From Chloroflexota bacterium (GTDB lineage Bacteria; Chloroflexota; Limnocylindria; Limnocylindrales; CSP1-4), in NCBI GenBank assembly GCA_042408445.1, contig JBHORC010000023.1:11920-75919 (forward strand): 64,000 bases of DNA, written 5' to 3'. A model generated the notes under the pieces. It was not told the origin of the DNA and made no database searches. It saw only the letters and a list, made by a program, of their open reading frames with translations. Made by a program: the position numbers and the translations under genes. How positions within the stretch are numbered: position 1 is the stretch's first letter; the number at the start of each line of letters is the position of its first letter. This document shows, piece after piece, positions 36,691 through 45,632 of this stretch.

Positions 36691-38493
36691 GTGCTGCACT
36701 CCCGTCGCCCGCTCCGCGCCATCCTCGCGACCCTGCCCCTGCTGTCGCTCGCGCTCCTGTCGGCCGGTCCTGTCGATGCGGACTCCGGCAAGGCGCCGCT
36801 CGGCGGCTTCAAGCACCTCGTGGTCATCTACGAGGAGAACCACAGCTTCGACAACCTGTACGGCCAGTGGGGGTCCGTGGCCGGGCAGCACGTCCAGGGC
36901 CTGTCCGACGCGCGGGCGTCGCACCGGATTCAGGTCTCGCAGACGGGCGAGCCGTACACCTGCCTGAAGCAGCTCGACGTCAACCTCGACACGGATTTCG
37001 CTGGCAGCACGACACCGGCGTTCCCGGCGAACTCGCTCTCGAAGCGGTCGAGCTGCAACCCGGAGACCGTCACGTTCCCGGACGGCTCGACGACGACGTA
37101 CACGAGCCATTTCCGGAACGCGCCGTTCAATATCGATCGCTACATCCCGGCGGACGCGACCACCTGCCCGCGCCCGAACCAGGAGTTCAGCTTCCCGAAC
37201 GGGATCATGGACGGCGCGATCAATCCCGCGACCGGTCAGACCTACGGGACCGAGGGCGGCTGCACCCGGGACCTCGTTCACAAGTTCTACCAGGAGCAGT
37301 ACCAGCTCAACGGTGGTGCGCAGAACCGGTACGTCACGGGCAGCGATGCCGTCGGGACCGTCATGGGCACCTACGACACGAAGGCGCTCCCGATCTATCG
37401 CTATCTCCACGCCGGCAACGCGCCGAACTACGTCATCGCCGATCGCTTCTTCCAGGCCGCGTTCGGTGGCTCGTACCTGAACCACCAGTACCTGATCGGC
37501 GCCCAGCCGCTCCTCTGGCCCAGCGCTCCCACCGCCCAGCACGCCGTCCTCGACTCGTCCGGGATCCCGCACGCCTACCCGCTGCTCAAGCCGGATCGCG
37601 CCGTCGTCGACGGCCCGGTGACCCAGGCCTGCGGGACGGCGACCACCGTCGCAGGCCTCGCCTGCGGGGACTGGGCCGTCAACACGCTCCAGCCGCCGTG
37701 GGAGCCGCAGGGCATGTTCGGTGCACCCGAGCCGGCGACGGACGACACGCATGTCGCACTGAACATCGGCGACCGGATGAGCGACGCCGGGATCAGCTGG
37801 GCCTGGTACGCGGGCGGCTGGGACAACGCGGCGGGCATCGTGAACGGGCCCGGCTGGACGAACGGCTCGACAGCGGGCGTCTGCGGCGATCCGAACGTCT
37901 CGGCCACGGACAAGCAGTACCCGTACTGCCCCGACTCGAGCTTCCAGTTCCACCATCAGCCGTTCAACTACTTCAGCCGGTATGCGCCGGGCACGACGGA
38001 TCGCGCCACGCACCTGCGCGACGAGGTCGAGTTCATCTCTGCGGCGAAGCACGGCAGGCTGCCGCAGGTCAGCTTCGTGAAGCCGCTCGGCAACGAGAAC
38101 GAGCACCCCGGCTACTCGAGTGAGCCGAATGGCAGCGACCACCTCGTCGACCTGATCAAGGCGATCGAGTCGGGGCCGCAGGCGAAGAGCACGCTGATCG
38201 TCGTCACGTACGACGAGTTCGGCGGCCAGTGGGATCACGTCTCGCCGCCAGGGCTCGGCACGCGCGGGGCGCACGACGCGTTCGGGCCTGGCACCCGGAT
38301 CCCGGCGCTCTTCATCTCGAAGGGCTTCCGCTCGTCCGGCGTGGACCACGGTGTCTACGACACGACGTCGATCATGGCGACGATTGAGCACCAGTTCGGG
38401 CTGGCACCCGTCGAGGCTCGCGGTGATGTCGTGCCGCGCGATCGACTCGTCAATGACCTCCGGAGCGTCGTCGCCCGTGGGCGGCGCCACTGA
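36691..38493 (+). CDS. secreted phosphoesterase family protein (AcpA acid phosphatase / phospholipase C family)
   Basis: GGAGGAGGA RBS before GTG 36691, then a signal peptide. HLVVIYEENHSFDNLYG and VVTYDEFGGQWDHV. Confidence 0.8.
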   Translation: MLHSRRPLRAILATLPLLSLALLSAGPVDADSGKAPLGGFKHLVVIYEENHSFDNLYGQWGSVAGQHVQGLSDARASHRIQVSQTGEPYTCLKQLDVNLDTDFAGSTTPAFPANSLSKRSSCNPETVTFPDGSTTTYTSHFRNAPFNIDRYIPADATTCPRPNQEFSFPNGIMDGAINPATGQTYGTEGGCTRDLVHKFYQEQYQLNGGAQNRYVTGSDAVGTVMGTYDTKALPIYRYLHAGNAPNYVIADRFFQAAFGGSYLNHQYLIGAQPLLWPSAPTAQHAVLDSSGIPHAYPLLKPDRAVVDGPVTQACGTATTVAGLACGDWAVNTLQPPWEPQGMFGAPEPATDDTHVALNIGDRMSDAGISWAWYAGGWDNAAGIVNGPGWTNGSTAGVCGDPNVSATDKQYPYCPDSSFQFHHQPFNYFSRYAPGTTDRATHLRDEVEFISAAKHGRLPQVSFVKPLGNENEHPGYSSEPNGSDHLVDLIKAIESGPQAKSTLIVVTYDEFGGQWDHVSPPGLGTRGAHDAFGPGTRIPALFISKGFRSSGVDHGVYDTTSIMATIEHQFGLAPVEARGDVVPRDRLVNDLRSVVARGRRH

Positions 38494-38586
38494 GGTCGCG
38501 TGCCCGGTCCCGTCGTGGCGGGGTGGGGCGGCGACGGGACGATCGGGGCGTTGACGAGGCAGGCGTGACACCGCGACTGTCCGTCC

Positions 38587-39051
38587 ATGAGCTGGTCGAA
38601 GCGAATCGCGCTTGCCGCCGGGATCGTGCTGGTCGGCACCTACCTCGCACTGTTCTTCGGGCCGCAGGTTCCGCCCTGCCTCGGGCCGCTCGGCGTGACG
38701 ATGGTCCAGTGCGCCAGCGTGACGGGGATCGTCCCGACGTCCGGACCAGGGCCGGTCATCTTCGGGCTGTCGGTCGCCCTCGCCGTCGTCGTTCTCGTGC
38801 CTGCCCGACTGCTGCGACATCGGGAGGTCATCCTCGGAGCGGCCGCTGCGGCGATTGCCGGAGCGTTTGCCTACCTGACGCGGCGACCCTTGACCCTGGA
38901 CGGCTTCGACTCAGGCGGACGCTGGCTGTCCGTTGCCCTTCCGCTCGACGTCAGCGATGTGCTGCTGGCGGTAATTCTCGGAGCGACGGCCGGCGCGGTG
39001 GCCGTGGCCGGCGCCCTGGCGCTGATCTCCCGGCGGCGCACGAGCGCCTGA
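38587..39051 (+). CDS. membrane protein (154 aa, 4 TM)
   Basis: Hydrophobic profile and an ATG start. Confidence 0.45.
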   Translation: MSWSKRIALAAGIVLVGTYLALFFGPQVPPCLGPLGVTMVQCASVTGIVPTSGPGPVIFGLSVALAVVVLVPARLLRHREVILGAAAAAIAGAFAYLTRRPLTLDGFDSGGRWLSVALPLDVSDVLLAVILGATAGAVAVAGALALISRRRTSA

Positions 39052-39101
39052 GCGAGCATCGTCGCGAGCGGTCCTTCGGCCATTCGGCTGATCATTAGCG
39101 C

Positions 39102-39827
39102 GTGGACGGCCCAAATCCCCGCGCTCGTAACGAGCGGCGCGCATCGCGTGCGGCGCGGAACGCTGCCGGCCGCGTCGCGGGTGCAGCCGAGGACGCGGTC
39201 GAGATCGTTGTCGACCGCGCGACCGACCTCGTCGGCGATGCCGTCGGGGCGGCCCGGTTCGTCGCGCGGCGCTGGGACGAGCGGCCGGGGGCCCGCGTCC
39301 GGCGGGTGCGTCGTCTCGCGCGCGAGCCGCTGCCGTACCTCTACGCCGTCCATCCCGAGGCTCGCCGCGCGTCGCCACGCGAGGTCGGCGTCCGGCCGAT
39401 TCCGGTCGACCTGATTGCCGGCACCGCCGTCGGCGGCGCCACCCAGCGCGGTGGCGACTTCCTTCCGTTGCGGCCGTTCCGATCGCGGAACTGGCAGGCG
39501 CGCTGGGCGCGGATCCGAGCGGCGATCGACCGGCTCGACATCCTTCCGCCGATCGACGTCGTCCGGTTCGCGGACCGCTACTGGGTCCTCGACGGGCACA
39601 ACCGGGTCGCCGCTGCGCTCTATGCCGGGCAGGTCGAGATCGACGCGAACGTCGTCGAGCTGGTCCCGCCCAGTCAGGCGCCGTCCGAGCGGCCCTCGAC
39701 GCTCGCGGCCGTCCTCACCGGGAGTCGCGCGCTCCGGACCGCCGGCGCGGGTCGGCCGGTCGGCCCGACGACCGACGAGTGGATCGACCTCCCGGACGAC
39801 GATCCCGATGCGGAGCGCGGCCAGTGA
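39102..39827 (+). CDS. ParB/sulfiredoxin-like N-terminal domain protein
   Basis: IPVDLIAGT...PIDVVRFADRYWVLDGHNRVAAALYAG (DGHxR-type motif). The Arg-rich N-terminus makes the start uncertain. Confidence 0.5.
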   Translation: MDGPNPRARNERRASRAARNAAGRVAGAAEDAVEIVVDRATDLVGDAVGAARFVARRWDERPGARVRRVRRLAREPLPYLYAVHPEARRASPREVGVRPIPVDLIAGTAVGGATQRGGDFLPLRPFRSRNWQARWARIRAAIDRLDILPPIDVVRFADRYWVLDGHNRVAAALYAGQVEIDANVVELVPPSQAPSERPSTLAAVLTGSRALRTAGAGRPVGPTTDEWIDLPDDDPDAERGQ

Positions 39828-40525
39828 TCCGACGGGCGACGGTGGAGTGGCCGAGCGAGGCTCCGTTTCGCGGCCGCGATCGTCGACCGATCCGGCTCCT
39901 GGCCGTGTCGGACGAGCGCGAGCCGGCGCTCGAAATCGCCCGGAACCGTGAGCCGCTCGCCCCCCTGGACGGGGTGATCGGCTGCGGCGACCTGGATCCG
40001 CGGTGGCTCGCCTTCCTCGGCGATGCGTTCGCCGCGCCGCTCATCTACGTCCGCGGCAATCACGATCGCGGCGGCGACTGGGACGAGCGCCGGCTCGTCG
40101 TTCCGGATCCTCTGCGGTCCGGGAGCGAGACCCATCTCGCGGGTCTCGCGATTGCGGCCTTCGAGTGGCCGGACGTCGATGGCCAGGGCAACCGACGCCG
40201 CTCGGACATCGCCTGGACCCAGGCGCTGCGCGTCGCGATCCCACGGCTGGGAGCCGCCATGCTCGGCCGAGCCGAGCCGCTCCTCGTCGTCAGCCACGCC
40301 CCGCCGGAGGGTGTCGGCGACGGCGACGACGCCTACCATCGCGGCTTCCCCGGCTACCGCTGGCTGCTCGATCGGCTGCAGCCACCGCTCTGGCTGCACG
40401 GCCACACGACGGTCGCGTCCGTCGACGAGCTCGTCGTCCGGTGCGGACCGTCGACGGTGATCAACGTGACGGGCGCCATCCTTGTCGAGATCCGGCCTCC
40501 GGAGGTGAGTTCCGGCAGCCGGTGA
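39824..40525 (+). CDS. calcineurin-like metallophosphoesterase
   Basis: IRLLAVSDE, GCGDLD, YVRGNHD, VVSHAPP and WLHGHT. A GTGA overlap couples it to the ParB-like gene. Confidence 0.75.
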   Translation: MIRRATVEWPSEAPFRGRDRRPIRLLAVSDEREPALEIARNREPLAPLDGVIGCGDLDPRWLAFLGDAFAAPLIYVRGNHDRGGDWDERRLVVPDPLRSGSETHLAGLAIAAFEWPDVDGQGNRRRSDIAWTQALRVAIPRLGAAMLGRAEPLLVVSHAPPEGVGDGDDAYHRGFPGYRWLLDRLQPPLWLHGHTTVASVDELVVRCGPSTVINVTGAILVEIRPPEVSSGSR

Positions 40526-40712
40526 TTCGCGCGGCCTTCGCGGTGGGTCGGCACTGGAGCGCGTGCGATCCCGTCATTCGGGCGTCCGCTGCGTGATGCA
40601 TCCTCGGCTCGCGCCGTGTCCCGGGCTGGAGGGCCCGACGGCGGAGGGAGAGGGACCTGATGAGCCATCGTGATCGACCCGCTGCCGGCTGGGTTCCGGC
40701 GACCGCGACGTC

Positions 40713-41411
40713 ATGACCGCGGACGTCGTCGCGGGGATCCTGCTGATCCTGGTCCCGATCGCGTTCAACGTCGCGTTCTTCGCGCTCGGCAAGGCGTTCG
40801 ACTACCCCGACATCCTGCGCAAGGAGCCGGACGAGATCCTGCGGCGCTTCGCGGCCGGCGGCTCCGGGCTGATCCTGCGGTGGGAGGCGCTGCTCGTGAG
40901 CGCGCTCGCGATGCTGCCCCTCGCTGCGGTCCTCGCCGTCGCGCTCGGCGCGTCGCCGACCCTGACCGTGCTGAGCGTCACCGTCGGCGCCGCGGCGGCG
41001 CTCGTCCAGGCGCTCGGCCTCGTCCGCTGGCCGTTCGCGGTCCCGGACCTGGCGCGTCGTCATGCTGCCGCCGTCGACGGGCCCGCCGGCGAGGCCGATC
41101 GGCGATCGGTCGAGCTGGTCTTCGCGACGCTCCATCGACTGTCGGGCGTCGGGATCGGCGAGCATCTCGGGTACCTGCTCACCGGTGTGTGGACGCTGCT
41201 CGTGTCGGCGTCCGTGCTCTCGACGGCCGTCCTGCCCGGGTGGCTCGGCGTCGTCGGGCTGCCGATCGGCGTCGCCCTCCTCGTCGGCACGCTGGAGTTC
41301 GTCGGACCGAACGAGCGAACGGGCTGGCCGCTGGCGGGGACGATCGTCCCGATCGCCTACATCGCCTGGTCGATCTGGCTGATCGCGCTCGGGATCTTCC
41401 TGCTCATCTGA
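40713..41411 (+). CDS. DUF4386-like integral membrane protein
   Basis: LILVPIAFNVAFFALGKAFDYPDILR and 6 hydrophobic segments. Confidence 0.55.
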   Translation: MTADVVAGILLILVPIAFNVAFFALGKAFDYPDILRKEPDEILRRFAAGGSGLILRWEALLVSALAMLPLAAVLAVALGASPTLTVLSVTVGAAAALVQALGLVRWPFAVPDLARRHAAAVDGPAGEADRRSVELVFATLHRLSGVGIGEHLGYLLTGVWTLLVSASVLSTAVLPGWLGVVGLPIGVALLVGTLEFVGPNERTGWPLAGTIVPIAYIAWSIWLIALGIFLLI

Positions 41412-41465
41412 GGCTCTGCCGGGGGCGGCGCATGGCAGGGCTCAGCCCGGATCACGAGAGGGAAG

Positions 41466-41541
41466 TGGAGCGGGAGACGGGGTTCGAACCCGCGACATTC
41501 AGCTTGGGAAGCTGACACTCTGCCAACTGAGTTACTCCCGC
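41466..41541 (-). tRNA. tRNA-Gly (anticodon CCC), CCA encoded
   Basis: Reverse complement is GCGGGAG-UA-ACUC-AGUUGGCA-GAGU-G-UCAGC-UUCCCAA-GCUGA-AUGUC-GCGGG-UUCGAAC-CCCGU-CUCCCGC-U-CCA, which folds into a clean cloverleaf. Confidence 0.93.
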
Positions 41542-41594
41542 TCGGGAGAGCCTCCAGTCTAGCGAGACGTCATCCGCGGTGCCAGCGCGCCGGC

Positions 41595-42233
41595 CTATTC
41601 CGAGGCGGCGCCGGCCGATCCCGCGCCGACGACCGGGAGTCGCAGGATCGATCGGGCGCGAGCGGCCGGGACGTCGTGCTCGTCGGCCAGGTCGAGCTCG
41701 TGGAGGTACGACCCGGCCTCGAGGCCACGCTCACGGACCGCATCGAGCAGCCGGCGAACGGTCGCGGCCTGTTCGGATCGACGGCCCAGATGCAGGATCT
41801 GCGCCGCCGCGCCGTCCCCGAAGAGCGTGACCCGGACGAGCGGCACCTCGCGCTGACCCTGTCGGGCGGTGTCCGCGATCGCGGCGAGCGCCTCCTCCTC
41901 CGACGCGGTCCCGTCGACCTCGATCATCTGCCGCCACCGCCAACCGGAGCGATCCGCGAGCTGCAGCAATGCCGTCCCCACCGGAACGTCCTCGGGCCAC
42001 CACCACACACACTCGAGGATCGTCTGGCCCGGGGACGACAGATGGCGGTCCCGGACCCACGACTCAAGCCGCCGCTCGACGTCCCGGAGCGTGGCCCTCG
42101 CCAGCGCGAACTCCGCGGCGGTTGGCGACCCGCGCCCATCGATCGCGAACACGCGACGGGAGCCGGAGGTGACGAAGGACGGCTGGTCCGTCGCAGCGTG
42201 GCGAAGGTCGAATCGCGAGCTGATCGAGTCCAT
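41595..42233 (-). CDS. GyrI-like small-molecule-binding domain protein
   Basis: ATG 42233 (MDSISSRFDL...). ILECVWWWPED and AAQILHLGRRSEQAATVRRL resemble GyrI/SOUL-like effector domains. The upstream 120 codons of the ORF look non-coding. Confidence 0.45.
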   Translation of the reverse strand: MDSISSRFDLRHAATDQPSFVTSGSRRVFAIDGRGSPTAAEFALARATLRDVERRLESWVRDRHLSSPGQTILECVWWWPEDVPVGTALLQLADRSGWRWRQMIEVDGTASEEEALAAIADTARQGQREVPLVRVTLFGDGAAAQILHLGRRSEQAATVRRLLDAVRERGLEAGSYLHELDLADEHDVPAARARSILRLPVVGAGSAGAASE

Positions 42234-42457
42234 CACGGGCGACGAGCACGGGTCCGGGGTTCGGCAGCCCTCACGCGCACAGCGTCCCGCAGATCGGGAG
42301 CGCGCCGCAACGAACAGCGCCAGTGACGCCTTGCGTCGCCGATACAGTTGCCACCCGTCGCCGGCGGGCCCGCGGCCGCGCGGTCCCCATCCGGACGCGA
42401 CGCGCAACCGGAACGCAACTTGCGCCGCGAGGGATCGGCTGCGACACTCCCCCGGCC

Positions 42458-42526
42458 ATGACCCGACCTCGACTCCCGGGCCGCTGTCTCTGTCCGTTCC
42501 CCTGCGAGGCAGGACGGGCAGCGTAA
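42458..42526 (+). CDS. candidate regulatory leader peptide, 22 aa with 3 Cys (MTRPRLPGRCLCPFPCEAGRAA)
   Basis: ATG 42458 and TAA 42524. Cys codons are TGT 42485, TGT 42491 and TGC 42503. It lies inside alternative hairpins just upstream of a terminator and the rhodanese gene. Confidence 0.45.
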   Translation: MTRPRLPGRCLCPFPCEAGRAA

Positions 42527-42556
42527 TCGCGCGTTGGAAGACCGCGGACTCTCCCT

Positions 42557-42585
42557 GACCCCTGCTTGGCAGGGGTCTTCTGTTT
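42557..42585 (+). terminator. intrinsic terminator in the 5' leader of the rhodanese gene
   Basis: GACCCCTGC-TTG-GCAGGGGTC followed by TTCTGTTT. T-rich runs are very rare in this window. Confidence 0.6.
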
Positions 42586-42625
42586 CCCGTCACCGGGCAA
42601 CGCCCGAACCAGGAGAGTCCATCCG

Positions 42626-43990
42626 ATGTCGAACCCTGCTCCCACCATCGAACCCGTGACCGCTGACGAGCTCGCGGCCCTGCTCCGCGCGGGGAGCGTC
42701 ACCGCCATCGACACCCGCCCGCTCGCCGCGTTCAACGGCTGGCAGCTCGGCAGCGAGGCCCGGGGCGGCCACATCCCCGGCGCCGTCGCGATCCCGGCGG
42801 AATGGCTGCCCCGGCTCGATGATTCCGATCTCGAAGCGATCGTCCGCGACCACGACCTCCCGAGCGGAAGCACCGTCGTCCTCGTCGGGTCCGGCGACGA
42901 CGACCTGGACGGCGATGCGACCGGGCTGGCCAAACGCCTCGCGCGTCTCGGGCTCGACGTCCTGCGGCTGGCGGGTGGCTGGCCGGCCTGGACCGCCGAT
43001 GCAGCTCGACCGGTCGACTCGTTGCCGCGCTTCGAGGCGCTCGTCCATCCGGCCTGGCTGCTCGAGGTGCTCGGCGGCGGTCGACCGGAAGCCGCGCCGG
43101 CCGGCGAGCATCTGCTCTTCCACGTGAACTTCGGGGTTCCCGAGGAGTACGCCGAAGGCCACATCCCGGGCGCGCTCTACCTCGACACGAACTGGCTCGA
43201 GGACCCGGACGGCTGGAACCGCCGGACGCCGGCGGAGCTCGATCAGGCCGTCCGCGCGCTCGGCATCACCACCAGGACGACCGTGATCCTCTACGGCCGC
43301 GACACCGAGGGTGACGCGAACGAGAAGTGGCCCGGTCGCCGAGCGGGCCAGATCGCCGCTACCCGTGCGGCGCTGATCCTGCACTACGCCGGCGTCGACG
43401 ACGTGCGGCTGCTCGACGGCGGCTACGACCGCTGGGTCCGTGACGGACATCCGGTCGAGACGACCGATCGGCAGCCGGTCCCGGTCGACTCGTTCGGGGC
43501 GGCGATCCCCGTCCGGCCGGAGATCATCGTCGACCTCGACGAGGCGAAGGAGATCCTCGCCGATCCCGCCCGAGCCGCCCTCGTCAGCGTCCGGACCTGG
43601 CGCGAGCACATCGGCGCGGTCAGCGGCTACAACTACATCGGGCCGGCCGGCCGGATCGCGGGCGACGTCTGGGGCAACTGCGGCACCGACGCGTACCACA
43701 TGCAGCACTACCGCGCCGTCGACAACACGATGCGGCCGTACCCGGAGATCGTCGCCAACTGGGCGGAGGCGGGGATCACCGCGGACAAGCGCGTCGCGTT
43801 CTACTGCGGCACGGGCTGGCGAGCCAGCGAGACGTGGTTCTACGCGTACCTGCTCGGCTGGTCGAACATCGCCGTCTACGACGGCGGCTGGCTCGAGTGG
43901 AGCAGCGACCCGGCCAACAACCCGATCCTCGTCGGGGACCCGACCCAGGCCGTGGCGAACCTCGTCGCCGCCGGCGAGGAGGTGGCCTAG
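42626..43990 (+). CDS. thiosulfate/3-mercaptopyruvate sulfurtransferase with three rhodanese domains
   Basis: AGGAGAG RBS. GGHIPGA repeats. Catalytic loop FYCGTGWRAS in the last domain. The first domain lacks a Cys. Confidence 0.8.
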   Translation: MSNPAPTIEPVTADELAALLRAGSVTAIDTRPLAAFNGWQLGSEARGGHIPGAVAIPAEWLPRLDDSDLEAIVRDHDLPSGSTVVLVGSGDDDLDGDATGLAKRLARLGLDVLRLAGGWPAWTADAARPVDSLPRFEALVHPAWLLEVLGGGRPEAAPAGEHLLFHVNFGVPEEYAEGHIPGALYLDTNWLEDPDGWNRRTPAELDQAVRALGITTRTTVILYGRDTEGDANEKWPGRRAGQIAATRAALILHYAGVDDVRLLDGGYDRWVRDGHPVETTDRQPVPVDSFGAAIPVRPEIIVDLDEAKEILADPARAALVSVRTWREHIGAVSGYNYIGPAGRIAGDVWGNCGTDAYHMQHYRAVDNTMRPYPEIVANWAEAGITADKRVAFYCGTGWRASETWFYAYLLGWSNIAVYDGGWLEWSSDPANNPILVGDPTQAVANLVAAGEEVA

Positions 43991-44063
43991 TCGAGGCGCC
44001 GAGCCTGGCGGGGAGCCTCCGAGCCCCGGAGGTGACACCCCGGACCGCGCGCTACGGCCGTCG

Positions 44064-44093
44064 TTGACACGTTAGGACGGCCGCCCGTACGAT
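44064..44093 (+). promoter_or_regulatory. sigma-70-type promoter for the riboswitch transcript
   Basis: TTGACA (44064-69), 18-nt spacer, TACGAT (44088-93), about 18 nt upstream of the aptamer. Confidence 0.5.
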
Positions 44094-44111
44094 CCCGCGA
44101 CAACTGAAGAG

Positions 44112-44218
44112 CTCTTATCAAGAGTGGCGGAGGGACCGGCCCGTTGAAGCCACGACAACCTACCGACGTCGAGTCGGCAAGGTGCCAATTCCGGGCAGGT
44201 CCTCCTGCACGATAAGGG
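44112..44218 (+). promoter_or_regulatory. SAM-I (S-box) riboswitch aptamer
   Basis: CUCUUAUCAAGAGUGGCGGAGGGACCGGCCCGUUGAAGCCACGACAACC...AAGGUGCCAAUUCCGGGCAGG...CACGAUAAGGG matches the S-box core nearly base for base. P1 is CUCUUAUC/GAUAAGGG. Confidence 0.9.
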
Positions 44219-44230
44219 AACTCCCTTCGG

Positions 44231-44253
44231 GACCCTTCCGAGCAGGAAGGGTC
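44231..44253 (+). terminator. riboswitch expression-platform hairpin (terminator or sequestor; no U-tract)
   Basis: GACCCTTCC-GAGCA-GGAAGGGTC. The CCCTT of its 5' arm can alternatively pair with AAGGG of the P1 3' strand. Confidence 0.4.
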
Positions 44254-44303
44254 TCCTCGTGTCCGGTCCGCTCCTCGTCGCTCCATCCGCCGCAGGAGCC
44301 GAC

Positions 44304-45632
44304 ATGACGACCGAGATGGCACCGTTCCGAACGACCGAGCCCGAGCCCCGGGCGGGCCGGCCGGTCATGGCTGCGGAACGGATTCGCGGGCTCGTCTGTC
44401 GTCGCTGCGGCCGGCCGGAGACGCTCGGACCGTCCTACGTCTGCTCGGCCTGCTTCGGGCCCCTCGAGGTCGCGTACGACCGGGACGTCGTCCGCGAAGC
44501 GCTGAGCCGCGAGTCGATCGAGGCTCGCCGACCCGGCATCTGGCGGTATCTCGAATTCCTGCCCGTGGACGCGCCGCCGGCCCGTGCGCTCGCCGTCGGC
44601 TCGACGCCGCTCGTGCCCGCGGAGCGACTCGGTCCGGCGATCGGCGTCGATCGGCTCTGGCTGAAGGACGACAGCCGCAACCCGACGCTCTCGTTCAAGG
44701 ACCGGGCGGTGGCCGTGGCGGTCGCCCGCGCGGCGACCTTCGGGATCGAGACGCTCGCCTGCGCCTCCACCGGAAACCTCGCCGGAGCGACTGCCGCTGC
44801 CGCGGCCGCGGTCGGCATGCCCGCGTACGTCTTCATCCCCGCCGATCTCGAGCGGCCGAAGGTCGACCACGCCCTGGCGTATGGCGCCACCGTCGTCCCC
44901 GTCGACGGGACCTACGACGACGTGAACCGGCTCTGCCTCCAGGTCGCCGACGAGCTCGGCTGGGGGTTCGTCAACGTCAATCTGCGGCCGTTCTACGCCG
45001 AAGGGAGCAAGACCCTCGCCTTCGAGATCGCCGAATCGCTCGGCTGGCGCTCGCCGGACGTCATCGTCGCGCCGATCGCCTCCGGGGCGATGTTCACGAG
45101 GCTCGCCCGCGGGTTCGAGGAGCTCGCCGATGCCGGCCTCATCCACCGCCGTCCGATCCGCTTCGTCGGGGGTCAGGCCGCCGGCTGTTCGCCGGTCGCG
45201 ACGGCCTGGGGACGCGGCGAGGAGGTCCAGCCGGTGCGGAACCCGGAGACGTTCGTCCACTCGCTGGCGATCGGCAATCCGGCCGACGGCGACGCCTCGG
45301 TCGAGCTCGCGACGGCAACCGCGGGTTCGATCGAGGCGATCGAGGATCGGGACACCGCGGCCGCGATCCGCGACATCGCAACGCTCGAGGGGATCTACAC
45401 GGAGACAGCGGGCGGCGTGACGGTGGCCGCGGCCGCGGCCGCCCGACGACGCCGCGTGATCCGCGACGGCGACGAGGTCGTCGCGATCCTCTCCGGCAAC
45501 GGGATGAAGACGCCCGACGCTCGGCTCCTCGGCGGCGGCGAGCGCGAGGCGCGGCCCGGTCGGCCCGGTCTCGCGCCGGTCATCCGCCCGCGACTCGACG
45601 ACTTCGAGGGCTGGCTGGAGGGACGGGCATGA
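44304..45632 (+). CDS. threonine-synthase-like PLP enzyme with N-terminal zinc ribbon (MetM-type homocysteine synthase candidate)
   Basis: GCAGGAG RBS 5 nt before ATG 44304. CRRCG...CSACFG. PLP-lysine region SFKDRAV and ACASTGNLAG. Confidence 0.75.
   Translation: MTTEMAPFRTTEPEPRAGRPVMAAERIRGLVCRRCGRPETLGPSYVCSACFGPLEVAYDRDVVREALSRESIEARRPGIWRYLEFLPVDAPPARALAVGSTPLVPAERLGPAIGVDRLWLKDDSRNPTLSFKDRAVAVAVARAATFGIETLACASTGNLAGATAAAAAAVGMPAYVFIPADLERPKVDHALAYGATVVPVDGTYDDVNRLCLQVADELGWGFVNVNLRPFYAEGSKTLAFEIAESLGWRSPDVIVAPIASGAMFTRLARGFEELADAGLIHRRPIRFVGGQAAGCSPVATAWGRGEEVQPVRNPETFVHSLAIGNPADGDASVELATATAGSIEAIEDRDTAAAIRDIATLEGIYTETAGGVTVAAAAAARRRRVIRDGDEVVAILSGNGMKTPDARLLGGGEREARPGRPGLAPVIRPRLDDFEGWLEGRA

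Noticed and set aside
41411-42300. tRNA-Gly as the attachment site of a genomic island
   Set aside because: No integrase, no direct repeat of the tRNA 3' end that I could find, and no mobility genes on either side. The flanking genes look like ordinary chromosomal genes.
42323-42457. Upstream extension of the Cys leader ORF to 67 aa (tracked as 42323..42526)
   Set aside because: The extension is Arg/Thr/Ala junk with no RBS. Only the last 22 codons, starting at the internal ATG, coincide with the alternative-hairpin region.
44259-44303. GTG 44259 as the start of the ThrC-like gene
   Set aside because: It lies immediately after the riboswitch hairpin with no RBS. ATG 44304 has GCAGGAG 5 nt upstream. 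ATG 44367, just before the zinc ribbon, remains a possible alternative.
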